A stretch of 64,000 bases of DNA. It comes from Octopus sinensis (Eukaryota). Shown one piece after another: positions 50,915 through 63,434 of the stretch; the first letter of the stretch is position 1; each line of letters opens with the position of its first letter. The DNA lies in contig NC_043000.1 of assembly GCF_006345805.1 (NCBI RefSeq), positions 41,292,001 to 41,356,000 on the forward strand, written 5' to 3'. The translations under genes were made by a program, and so were the position numbers. Under the pieces are notes generated by a model. That model saw nothing but the letters and a program-made list of their open reading frames with translations, was not told the origin of the DNA and searched no databases.

Positions 50915-51330
50915 CGTAGGAGTGGCTGTGTGGTAAGCAGCTTGCTTACGAACCACATGGTTCCGTGTTCAGTCCCACTGCGTGGCACCTTGGGCAAGTG
51001 TCTTCTGCTATAGCCTCGGGCTGACCAAAGCCTTGTGTGTGGATTTGGTAGACGGAAACTGAAAGAAGCCCGTCGTATATATGTATATATATATATGTGT
51101 GTGTGTGTTTGTGTGTCTGTGTTTGTCCTCCCAACATCACTTGACAACTGATGCTGGTGAGTTTACGTCCCCGTAACTTAGCGGTTCGGCAAAAGAGAAC
51201 GATAGAATAAGTACTAGGCTTACAAAGAATAAGTCCTGGGGTCGATTTGCTCGACTAAAGGCGGTGCTCCAGCATAGCCACAGTCAAATGACTGAAACAA
51301 GTAAAAGAGTAAAGAGAGTAAAAGAGAGAA
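50915..51330 (+). mobile_element. SINE family B, full length
   Basis: Closest to the consensus; tail (AGTAAAAG)n. Confidence 0.93.
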
Positions 51331-51605
51331 CCATCCCTGTGCATAATTGGCTTTTCAATTTATTCCAGAAAGAATAGAACCCAAAAGGGACTACGGCAGG
51401 ATTTGAACGCAAAAAGCAGAAAAAAATATAACAATGAATAGACACACACATACACCGTTGTGTTAATTTTATTTGACGTATGTGTGGCTTGGTATACTCT
51501 ATTCTCCAGCTTTCAGCACTTTATAATGTCATTATTCTGGATGTTGTGGATAGATATTCACTTCTTTTAATTAACAAAAGAAGAACAATAAAGACGAAGA
51601 TAGTG

Positions 51606-51657
<52 letters not shown>

Positions 51658-52291
51658 AAGAGAGAAAGAGGAGAGTAGTAGGTAAGTGGAATGGAGATAA
51701 GAAAAAACGCGAGAAGAAGACAATGGAACAATAGAGAAGCAGAGATTAGAATGAAAATATGCTGTACGGAAAGAGAATAAGTATTAAGGCAAGATGTGAT
51801 GTGAGGGGAAAAGAGAAAAACAAAGGAACGTTACTGTTCTTTAGCCCGACGTCAATTCTGATAATATATGTGTTCAATGTTTGAACTTTTGGTCTTTAAG
51901 ATACAAATGCGGCACCTAATATATAATTATCTAGGACGATATTTGCTCCAGAAATTTTATGTTCGATTCTATGGCATAGAACCAGAGGAGGAGATTGGCA
52001 TTAAGTTCCATCAAAGGGCATCGAAATTGGAATGTCAGAATAGCAAAACGAATTTATTACACTGATATGGCTGCGCAAATTATTTGCTCAAATTCAAACA
52101 GCTGACAACTGTGTTTACTTGTACTGTTTTTCTTTATTTTTTTCTCTCGTTGTTTACGCATTTCATGTTGTTTGCACTGTTGGTGACGTCCTGTACCCAT
52201 ATGTGTACACACACACACACACACACCCACACACATCCACACACATCCACCCCCCCCATACACACATATATATATATATATAATATATATA

Positions 52292-52634
52292 TAGGAGATG
52301 TACTTGCATAGCAAGTGATTTGATCTGACATCATGTGCTGGAACGAAAACAATTGCAGCGTGGAAGATGTTTGTAAGCCATTTAAGAAACACACAAAAGC
52401 CGTTCGATTCACTTCAACATTTAAGTTTAATTTGTCAAAATATTTTCGTCGCTATAAGACAGCGACATGTTCACTGAGCACGGATTTTTATCAGTGAACA
52501 GTCCCAGACCGGACGTTAACAGGTCTTATAGCGACGAAAATATTTTGACAAATTAAACTTAAATGTTGAAGTGAATCGAATGGTTTTTGTGTGTTTCTTA
52601 AATGGCTTACAAACACCTTCCCCGCCGCAATTGT
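52292..52634. mobile_element. Tail-to-tail inverted duplication of a hammerhead-bearing Penelope-like terminus
   Basis: Inverted arms 52349-52477 and 52491-52634, flanked by (AT)n on both sides. Confidence 0.8.
52435..52477 (-). ncRNA. Type I hammerhead-like motif with G3:C8-swapped core
   Basis: Minus: TCA-GTGAACA-T-GTCGC tgtcttata GCGAC-GAA-AATATT-T-TGA. The same GTGAACA core occurs in the other arm at 52494-52500. Confidence 0.6.
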
Positions 52635-52725
52635 ATATATATATATATATATATGAAAATAGTAATGCAATACGAGAGTATTGCTTTCCAGTAAAGGATA
52701 GCCCGTGAGGGTAAAATTATACATA

Positions 52726-53009
52726 AAAGTAAATAAATGGTACAACGAAGCACCGATATTTACTGGAAAATAGCGAACGTAATAAAAACGACGCTAATGT
52801 ATAGCTTCACTGCGTATGTACTAGTAAAGATGCGTGTGTGCAGCAAACATGAAAAAAATTGTCTTACCTCTAGGAAGAACATCTGAAAAATGAAAAACCT
52901 AGATAACGGATAATGCAGTACCGGTTTCAGATTTTTCAAAATACGCTTGCCAATACGTTCGCTATTGTCCAGTATATATCGGTGCTTCGTTGTACCATTT
53001 ATTTACTTT
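52726..53009. mobile_element. MITE-like element with ~56-bp terminal inverted repeats
   Basis: AAAGTAAATAAATGGTACAACGAAGCACCGATAT..CGAACGTA mirrored at 52954-53009. Confidence 0.78.
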
Positions 53010-53204
53010 GAGTCACTCTCTTATTTGTATCAAATATTAATAAAAGATGCGTGTGTATATATATATATACATACATACATATATAAATATATACACACGA
53101 GCGCAGAATGAAGATTTTTTTCAACTGTTTTATCACATAATCTACGTAATTTTGTGTGTGTGTGTGTGTGTGTAAGTGTGTGTATGTGTATGCGTCTGTG
53201 AGCA

Positions 53205-53410
53205 TGCGCACGCGGCTATGGATGCACGAGGACTAGCATTTGTGGATTTTGTACTCACAATCTTAAAGCCATGGGTTCGACTCTTGGATAGAGCGGCGCG
53301 TTGTTTTCTTGAGCAAGGCTCTTCATTTCGCATTCCAGCTTATTCAGTTGTAAATGAGTACCAATCTAGTTCTTGTGCAGCTATCGTCTGCCCCACCTTC
53401 ACCGCGGCTG
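53205..53410 (+). mobile_element. SINE family D-like, decayed
   Basis: GGGTTCGACTC..TTCTTGAGCAAGG..TTCAGTTGTAAATGAGTACC. Confidence 0.6.
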
Positions 53411-53548
53411 CGATATCTATGACGATCTGCTAGGTAAAATGTGGAAGTATTGAGACGGTGTTTATATCTCTTCGAGCGTACATAGACACTTAAAAGAGTT
53501 AGCGAAAGCGTGGCACGTACTGACTCATACTTAGATTTTATATAAAGA

Positions 53549-53620
<72 letters not shown>

Positions 53621-53862
53621 AAATAAAGAAAGAACGAAGAAACAAAGAATTAAAGGGAAAAGTATTCGAAAGAAAAAGATATAGTAAAATATTACCCCTG
53701 AATTTGTTCAGTTTTACTTTTTAAATACACTCATTAAGTATTGCGTGCATTATACTAATTCGGGTTTCGTGACTATCTTTTCTAGCCCCCAGTTTGTTGT
53801 TGCCGTAATAAATATGCAACAGTACTAGAAAGCTAACTAATCAGTAATATAAGGTGTCTATA

Positions 53863-54097
53863 AAGGCGGCGAGCTGGCAGAAACGTTAGCACACCGTGCG
53901 AAATACTCAACGGTATTTCGTCTGCGGCTACGTTCTGAGTTCAAATTCCGCCGAGGTCGACTTTGCCTTTCATCCTTTCGAGGTCGATAAATTAAGTACC
54001 AGTTACGCACTGGGGTCGATATATTCGACTTAATCCATTTGTCTGTTCTTGTTCGTCCCCTCTGTGTTTAGCCCCTTGTGGGTAGTAAAGAAATAAG
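53863..54097 (+). mobile_element. SINE family A, full length
   Basis: Near-identical to 10493-10724. Confidence 0.93.
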
Positions 54098-55235
54098 TAA
54101 TATAGTTGGATGATTCAGCTGCTAGATGTAGCAAACAATTATCTCTCAAATCATGCTGTACCGATTTCAAAATAAGGAAAATACGCATTGGACTGAGTTG
54201 ATAGAGATATTAGAAATGATGTCGAAATAGTCACGCCAGGAATGCATTGGGTCGTAGCCCTTTTCTCTCGGAGCTGGACTGAGGCTGAGCGACCATATTA
54301 CTAGGAGCCAACGAAGGTGTCTGAATGTGGTTGCTGGACCAACTAGAAAAAGTAGCCAAACTTCTGTACAATCACGTACCGTTTGGTCTTAGAAAAATAG
54401 GGCACATTGAATATGTAGTCTTAGAAGTAGTACATCTAAAAAATATAACAAAATGGGAATGCCATGACTTGGACGCTTTTGGTCTAATCAATACTATCTG
54501 TCCTGGAGATAAACACCATCAAAATCGAGGGATTGTCTATAAGAACACTAGACATACTTGAAGTAGCAGCAAGATACTATGCATTCACACCCTATAGTCT
54601 TAAAAAGGTTAGGGTGTCACGGCTTGAATGCCTTCTATCGTAGATCTCCTCGCTTAGGCTTGTAGATAAAATGCCTTCTATCGTAGATCTCCTCGCTTAA
54701 GCTTAGTAGATAAAATGACAAAGGAAACTACAAAATCCCTCTGCAATCGCACTGTATCGTTTTAAAAATAAAAACAGCCTTGTCCCGACTTCAATACTGT
54801 GTTGCCATAGGTATTCAAACCGCGATGATTTTGGTAGAAACAACTATAACGAATCTCCTAATTCCTACTTTTGTTGTCCATTATTTTATCCTCTAGGCAA
54901 TTTCGTAGCAGTACAGCATCGGGCTAACTAACAGTAACAGCACACCTTCACCGGACCATTGGGGATAGGTGTGGTGTCTTTATGCGTTATAGACCGCCCT
55001 GAAAGTGTCAAATATTATAGCTTACGTCATGTGCACACTTCCCTGTCTTTTCTCACGTCCACTCATACTGTTTTGAAATTCTCACGCATAAATTTTTTCT
55101 TTCTTCTTTTCTCTCCCTTTTTTTCATTGTCTTTCTTTCTCAATCTATCTTTATCTCTCCCTCTGCAGAAGCATATAAAGATACACACTCCTTTATTGAA
55201 ATATGTGTATGTTTGTATGTGTGTGTGCGCGTGTG

Positions 55236-55318
<83 letters not shown>

Positions 55319-55361
55319 ATATCTATCTGTCTATCTATCTGTCTATCTATCTATCTATCTG

Positions 55362-55423
<62 letters not shown>

Positions 55424-55460
55424 GATTTATCTACCTATCTATTTATCTATCTATCTTTCT
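55236..55460. repeat. (TATC)n microsatellite
   Basis: Seen directly. Confidence 0.96.
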
Positions 55461-55591
55461 CTCTACATATGTGTATATGCATGTATATATATAAGCATGT
55501 ATGTATGTGTACATACATAAATAATACATACATGCATACATACATATGTATAAATAACCGTGTGTATAAATATACATATATACATGAGTAC

Positions 55592-55654
<63 letters not shown>

Positions 55655-55667
55655 CGTGTGTGTGTGT

Positions 55668-55975
55668 GGAGGCGCAATGGCCCAGTGGTTAGGGCAGCGG
55701 ACTCGCGGTCGTAGGATCGCGGTTTTGATTCCCAGACCGGGCGTTGTGAGTGTTTATTGAGCAAAAACACCTAAAGCTCCACGAGGCTCTGGCAGGGGGT
55801 GGTGGCGATCCCTGCTGTACTCTTTCGCCGCAATTTTCTCTCACTCTTTCTTCTGTTCGCCTGCTCGCTTAGCCAGCGAGGTGGCGTCACTTGAAGGCTA
55901 AAACAATGCGAAGCGCAATGTGATCAGCGATGTATAGCAACATCTGATAGCCAAGTCGGTCACGGTGACGGTGAT
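55668..55975 (+). mobile_element. SINE family C, full length
   Basis: Reverse complement of 43516-43825. Confidence 0.92.
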
Positions 55976-56089
55976 ATATACATACATACATTCCTTTTGC
56001 GGGCTTTTCTTGCTCCCAGGTAGGTAGTTGGTTCTCCTACTCATACAAAATCGGAGATAAAAGCATACGGTGTACACAAGCAAATACAC

Positions 56090-56510
56090 TAACACATATC
56101 GACTCCAGTCCTTTTCTTCCTTTCCTTTTTTTAAGCCTGGTACTTAATTCATCGGTTCCTTTTGCCAAACTGCTAAGTTACGGAATCGTAAACACGCCAA
56201 CATCGGTTTCAAACGGTGGTGGGGAACAAGCACAGACACAAACACTCGCACATACACAGAGACACACAGAGACACGCATATACACACATTATATATATGT
56301 ATATATATATATATATGTATGTATATATATATACACACACAAACACGCACACACGCGATGGACATCTTTCAGTTTTTCTCTGCTAAATTCCCTCACAAGG
56401 CATTGGTTGGCCCTAGGCTGTAGTAGAAGGCTCTTGCCTAAGGTGCCATGCGGTGCGACTGCATCCAGAATCATGTTGTTGGGAAGCAAGCTTCTTATCA
56501 CACAGCTACC
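56090..56510 (-). mobile_element. SINE family B
   Basis: CTTGCCTAAGGTGCCATGCG..TGTTGGGAAGCAAGCTTCTTATCACACAGCTAC with internal microsatellite. Confidence 0.8.
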
Positions 56511-57079
56511 TTAGTTGCTAGAGTATGTGCCGCCTGGGGCGGAACAATCCTAACTAGCTACGCTAGTGCACACACCCACGCCTGCGCTTATGACAGTTTT
56601 CCCCCCGTTAGTTTTGCTCTTTTTGTGATTTGTGTCCCTTAAAAGTTAGAATATTATTGTTGTTGTTGTGCAGCCTCGACTGGCCGAATCCAACTGACCG
56701 ATTAGAATTCGTTCTAATCTTGGCCATCCCAATACTTTTATTTTATTTATTTATTTTTGATGGCATAGTGTATCGGTGATTACATTTTCTACTTTGTCCA
56801 AATCTGTTTCGCATTTTTAACGCAGTAAAATAGATAGCTCTACAGCACTCGATTCGGATCATTATACTCTAAAATCAATTTTGCTTTTCATCGTAATTTC
56901 ATCAAGAAACAAGTACCAGTTCACAACTGGGGGCGTTTCTCTTACCTTTGTCTTCCTTTTTGACTGTGAGAAATGGTTGTAGTCAGAGCGTAGGAGCTAC
57001 AGAGCCTGCAAAGTTCAAAATGTCCCCAAAACACGTCCTTACAGTTACATCAGGAACTGAGAGCACAAAGTTACAATTT

Positions 57080-58700
57080 GAAGGGAATTGGTTACTATTT
57101 CTAGCAGGTTGATCAACTATGTAGATGTTTTCTCTTGAGTTCGTGGTGATTTGGCAGAATCCTCCGATTTTTGCTCAGTATTTTGACTTTGTTTTTCTTA
57201 TCAAACCACTTGCGGTATTTGTTCTGGATTTTTTACTTTCTTCGATTAAATCTGGCCGAGATCAACTTTGCTTGCAGTGTCGAATGGGCAGATTACATCT
57301 ATTATGAAACAGTTTCTAGTATCATTCTCTAGTATGATATCTCGAGTGTTCTAGTTCCTTGTCTGTTTGAATTTTTATATTCCTCCGCAATTTTGTCTGA
57401 TCATTTTTAACAACTTTCGTTGGTCTATCTCTTCATCACTCCCCATAAGCATTCTAAGTTCTTTGTTTCACACAGTTGCCAGTGTATAACTCATGTGTTT
57501 CTGTCGTATCTATACTTTGTTTCGTAACTATGCCAGTTTCTTATACCCTGATACTAAAAGGGCTACAGTCTCTCGCCTCATGCTGTATAAACAACAGTAT
57601 CGATGTATCTTCCTCAATTACATGAATTTTTTCTGAGTTTCTTTTTTCGGCTTTCCTAGGTATATCAATTTCCAAGTATTTATTTTCTACTTTCATCATC
57701 ACTGTATTTTATACAAAGCCTATCAACATTACATTCTTTGTGAACCATATTATACATCGTCAGCAGCTTTATGAGTTTTTCCAATTCATAATGCTAGCTC
57801 TGAGTCGTGACTTTTGATTCCAAATAATCACTTAATATGTTGACGCTATCGGCTACATTGAATAATATCTAAACGATTATAGCCCAGGAATGTGGTTGGT
57901 TTCTTGTACTATTGCGTTATTTTTGACAATCCGTCTATTCTTCTCGGGGTAGTTCCTTGGTGTGTTAATACTGGTGACTTTGAAGATTATGCTGGGCAAT
58001 AGTTACCATATTACTGGAAGACAGATGATGAATCTATAGTATGTTACGTAATTTTTGTTTTCATTTGTCTTCCGTTATGATTACTATTATTTTAGTTAAC
58101 GAGATAGAGTTAGAATTACAGAAGAAGCTTCCGTCACACAACTGAGCCATTCTCTAATGTTGTGACTTTAAATTCTCAAGCCAGTAGTTTGTATTTCATT
58201 TGGGTAGAGTAATCCAATAACTTTATACTCCATATGGGTTCAGTAATCCAATAACATTGTACTCGATCTGAGTATAGCAACCCAATAACTTGTCACAACA
58301 ATTTCTGCTTGTTTATGGAGAATGCCTGCTGCAGAGAGGTTGCATTACTGTTTATGAATAATGCTTAATTTCTTCTTTATCCACTTTGAAAATGCAGTCC
58401 GTAACATGATTATGTTTCAAATTTATCTTCTATTTATTTTAGCGCCTGAAATAGCTTTCGTTTCCCCGGACTATTCTTTCACTTTCTCAAGTAGACTTTT
58501 TGCGGTTATTTTGAAGTATCTGTTTTGGCAGAACTGTTCTATTCTAATTTTGTGCAGTTGAATTCTATCACTTTTTACAGTCATCCTATCTTTGAGCCCT
58601 TCTTAATACCTTCTTCTTTGATCACAAATTTATCATTACACTTTCTTGTAGATTTTGGTTCTTAACTTATCTATTTTGTATTCACTCAAGTTTGCAAATC
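57080..58700 (-). mobile_element. Highly degenerate R4/Dong-like non-LTR retrotransposon
   Basis: Minus: RIEQFCQNRYF, LLTMYNMVHKECNVDRL, VIHWQLCE, IKIQTDKELEHSR, CFIIDVICPFD. Many stops. Confidence 0.65.
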
Positions 58701-58979
58701 TCTACGCGGACAATTGATTATATCATTGAAATGTAGTTTGGCATATCTTATGATGTGTAAATGACACATCTTGTGATGTGTAATTTGATACAGTGGGGAA
58801 ACGTAAACAAATTTGAACATAAAGTGTTTAGAGAGAGAGAGTGTATGTGTGTAACTGTGTGTGTATATGTGTGTATGTGTGTAACTGTGTGTGTATATGT
58901 GTGTATGTGTGAGTTTGTGTCTGTGCGTGTATATGTGTGTGAGAGAGAGAGAGTGTGTGTGTGCGTGTGAAAGAGAATA

Positions 58980-59330
58980 ATGGGATGTATTTGTTCCTGA
59001 AGAGCAAAGAGGTGCTATAAGAATTCAATAGAGATCGCATTGAGAAAGTGGAATAATACACTGGAGGACCTTGGAGCATGTTGGCAGTGGAACATACAAC
59101 TTGGCAGCTGCTGTGTAAAAATTGGATTTGTGCACTAAGGATTTTAATGATAAACAGAAGAGCAGGGGAGAACCAGGAGTGGTGCAGCCAAGTTTACTGC
59201 AATAACAACCATCTCCAACAACATGTCAATACTCCACCTGCAATAGGGCTTTTGAGTTAAGGATTGAAGTGTCCCGCAATCAAGAAAATCCTCATAACAA
59301 ACTGGATGTCATCCGATTTCAATGACAGCC
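58980..59330 (+). mobile_element. Decayed RTE-like LINE 3' end
   Basis: YSTCNRAFELRI..S resembles the C-terminal CxxCxRxFxxRIGLxSH motif. Confidence 0.45.
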
Positions 59331-59438
59331 GAAAAGAAAAGCTGGAGAATTACACACGTTCGGGTACATATGTACATATGTATATACATATATGTGTATA
59401 AGTATATATATATGTATTGTATATATATATATATATAT

Positions 59439-59549
<111 letters not shown>

Positions 59550-59564
59550 GTGTATATATATTAT

Positions 59565-59648
<84 letters not shown>

Positions 59649-59689
59649 CACTTTATTCAAAGCAGCAGGAATATAATAAAAGCTGTTAC

Positions 59690-59900
59690 TCTACCCGCCG
59701 GGCAAAATGCCTAGCGGTATTTTGTCTGCCGTTACGTTTTGAGTTCAAATTCCGCCGAGGTCGACTTTGCCTGTCATCCTTTCGGGGACGATAAATTAGG
59801 TACCAGTACTCACTGGGGTCGATGTCATCGACTTAATATCTTTGTCTGTCCTTGTTTGTCCACTCTATGTTTAGACCCTTGTGGGTAATAAAGAAATAGG
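59690..59900 (+). mobile_element. SINE family A, 5'-truncated
   Basis: GAGTTCAAATTCCGCCGAGGTCGACTTTGCCTGTCATCCTTTCGGGG. Confidence 0.88.
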
Positions 59901-59981
59901 GTTTGAGTACTCTTTTTTTCACCTTGTTTCATATTTATGTGCTTACTCCGGTATATATATATATATATATAATATATTGTA

Positions 59982-60091
<110 letters not shown>

Positions 60092-60112
60092 ATATAATTA
60101 TATATATATATC

Positions 60113-60151
<39 letters not shown>

Positions 60152-60244
60152 GTATATATATGTATATATATTATAATATGTACATACGTATATATACGAT
60201 ATACTCTACTACTATTATTATTACTATTGTGTATAATTATGATA

Positions 60245-60280
<36 letters not shown>

Positions 60281-60586
60281 TGTATGTATGTATCACAGCG
60301 AAGTAAAGAGTTTAGGAAAAGTGCAATGCGTTATTTAGGGCTTGCCGTGTTGTACAAATTCCATTATGAAAAGTATCAAAATGCTGGGTCCACGAAACTC
60401 ACAAATGGTCGATTGTGTTTTGCACCCAGTATGGCCGTAGTCCAATGGCTAAAAGTATTAGAAGCAAAAGCAAAATGCATATGCACACACAAACACACAT
60501 ACAGACACATACACATATATATGTATATATATATGCGTGTCTATGTATATGTACATATATGTATGTCTATATATATATATATATAT

Positions 60587-60697
60587 TGGCCTGCTCGCTT
60601 AGCCAGCGGGGTGGCGTCATTCGAAGGCTAAAACAATGCGAACGCATTGTGACCAGCGATGTGTAACAACATCTGATGGTCTGGTCGGTCACGTGAT

Positions 60698-60705
<8 letters not shown>
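60587..60705 (+). mobile_element. SINE family C, 3' fragment
   Basis: GGCCTGCTCGCTTAGCCAGCGGGGTGGCGTC...GGTCACGTGATCACGTGA. Confidence 0.87.
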
Positions 60706-60729
<24 letters not shown>

Positions 60730-60792
60730 GAGTGTGTATGTGTATACGTATATATATGTACACACACACATATATATATATGTAGGTTATGT

Positions 60793-60843
<51 letters not shown>

Positions 60844-61346
60844 TATATGTATGTGCGTATGCATGTATGTATGTATGTATGTGCAAATGTATGCATGTAT
60901 GCATGAACGTGTATATTTATATATGTATGTATATGTGTAATGTGCGATGGAAAACATCATATAAATCCAGATACACATTGTCATGAATATGGATGGCTGA
61001 TATAGCAGCAATGATAGTGGAACGGCTATGATAGAAATAAAAGCAATATAATTGATTACTCTGATTTTTTAAGAGTCTGTCATCAAATTTCAACTAATTG
61101 TGGTCTCCGACCTGATCTATCTTGGCAGTCGAGGTTTTCGTTACCGCTCGTTATACAATGCAGTGTTACAGACAACAGTAAATTGATACTGTATGGTATG
61201 ACACATGCGTATGTACACACACACACACACACACACATACGTACACAAACACACACACACACTCACACACACACCGAGGCATATATATATATGCTGACAG
61301 AAAGTGTTAAATTAATAGTTGGATACGTGTGTGTATTTATATATAT

Positions 61347-61414
<68 letters not shown>

Positions 61415-61449
61415 CATGTATATATAGATAGATGGATAGACAAACAGAC

Positions 61450-61522
<73 letters not shown>

Positions 61523-62677
61523 TAACTATATGTATGTGTATACAACTGTTTTGATTTACAAATGAAACACAAGCGCGCATGACTTAGAGTTTATTTCCTT
61601 ATATTTATTATAAATCAGTTGCGGATACACTCTGTTGCCACTCAGAGTTTTACGCACTTGTTCTTGCTGAGACTATACAAAATGAACTAGACTGTATAGA
61701 AGTCATACCTTGAAGAGACCCCTGTCAGTTTGATTCTTATTGTTCAAGACCTGTCAATTATTTGTTTATATTGCAGCTAATAATATTGCTTTCAGAAGTA
61801 GTTGTTCTTCCGATTATGAACGATAATTGTCTATAAGAAATTATTTCTGATGACAAAAAATGGATGATATCTTGCCGTATTGTCGTTCCGTTTATAAATG
61901 GTGGAAAATTGTTCACGATGTTTTATATTATCATTCAATATGATCAGAGGATGGTATAGTTGTTCTGCATATCATTGTCTTCATGAGACGGGAATAACGT
62001 GGTAGATTGAGTAAATTTTACTGTTTCAAGATTGAGCTGTCTAGATATTTGTTTTAGTTTGAGATCAGCAAAGCAATGTTATTCAGGCAACCATAGCCGA
62101 ATTCAGTGTTATTGGTGTCGGAAAGTTTGTTGTATTTATGTATAATCGGGAAATGTTATCTTATTAAGAGTACGCAGTTCATAAGTAAATGTATGATTAA
62201 ATCCATGTAGTAATATGGATTATACCACGTTACTTTCTTCTTGATTCTTCTGTTCTGATTGGTGCTCTTTTAAAAATGAGATATGAAATATGTCAACGAA
62301 GATAGGTCTTTCTCGAAAGTTACCGGACAAAGTCAGTCGATGTGATATTCGCTCTGCAGTGTGACAATCGCATGTTACATCGAAGTTCTTTCATCAGGTG
62401 GTTTTTGATAACCAAAGCCATCACCTAACAGACTGATTACCTGCAACATCAGTAACCGCCTAACTATAACCCCAACCTACACCAGTATTTATTGAATTTA
62501 TCTCTGCTTCACAGTTTAAACCGCTTAGTATTATGCTTCTACTATAGATGCATAAAGCACTTAATAGCAATGGATTGAAAATCTATCGGTCTATCTATCT
62601 GTCTATCTATCTACCTATCTATCCATTTGTTTATCCGTCTGTATAAATGTGTATCTGTCTCTATGCATATATGTATA

Positions 62678-62992
62678 TATATCTAATGTAGGATAAAATT
62701 TTTTCGAAAAAAATTATTTTCCAAAAAAAATTTTATCAATGGCCAGCATATTAAAAAATACCTATAAAGGTTAAATTCGTGTAGCGTGCGGATTGTGAAA
62801 AAATTAATGGTTAATGGGCAATATGTCCAATTTTTCGGCATATTTGGCATTGAAAATGTTTTCGTTTGCCCTTATTTATGAATTGTTTATAAATTTAACC
62901 TTTAAAGGTATTTTTTAATATGCTGGCCATTGATAAAATTTTTTTGGGAAAAGAATTTTTTTCGAAAAAATGTTTATCCTACATTAGATATA
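62678..62992. mobile_element. Hairpin/MITE-like element with ~100-bp inverted arms and a captured 106-bp core
   Basis: Arms 62678-62777 and 62892-62992. Core 62781-62886 matches 63277-63382 with 2 mismatches. Confidence 0.82.
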
Positions 62993-63177
62993 AATTTAAG
63001 CGTTCACTTCCGGACTCTTTCACTCTGTGAGAGCATCAATTCAAATCGCACGTGTCTCGAATGGGCTGGAGTATTTCTATTTTGGATGTATTTGGGGTAC
63101 TTAATTATGCTCATGACTTAGTGTTTGCTTCTTCCATGGGTATGAGTAAGTATCTCATTTATTTCTTTTGCCACATG

Positions 63178-63230
63178 TATCACTGACGAAGAGAGGGCTG
63201 TTATAAGCTAACCCTGAAATCGGTCCGATA
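63178..63230 (+). ncRNA. Type I hammerhead motif, canonical core, GUC site
   Basis: TATCA-CTGACGA-AGAG ag GGCT gttata AGCT aa CCCT-GAA-ATCGGT-C-CGATA. One mismatch each in stems I and II. Confidence 0.7.
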
Positions 63231-63398
63231 TGGTAATAATGGAATTTTTTAGAAATTTCTGTCGACCTTTTTTCGAGTAGCGTGCGGATTGTGAAAAAAT
63301 TAATGGTTAATGAGCAATATGTCCAATTTTTCGGCATATTTGGCATTGAAAATGTTTTCGTTTACCCTTATTTATGAATTGTATATGTATATATATGT

Positions 63399-63434
<36 letters not shown>

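Larger units (their letters stand above)
61590..63382 (+). mobile_element. Heavily decayed Penelope-like element ending in a hammerhead
   Basis: Traces of RT thumb (LLRL), GIY-YIG-like SVDVIFALQCDNRML (62335-62385), ILDVFGVLN, then a hammerhead at 63178. Confidence 0.5.

Noticed and set aside
45425-58290. Short local tandem duplications (22 bp x2 at ~45425, 43-44 bp x2 at ~54628, ~36 bp x3 at ~58210) as CRISPR-like arrays
   Set aside because: They have no unique spacers and only 2-3 units in a eukaryotic context. They are ordinary slippage duplications.
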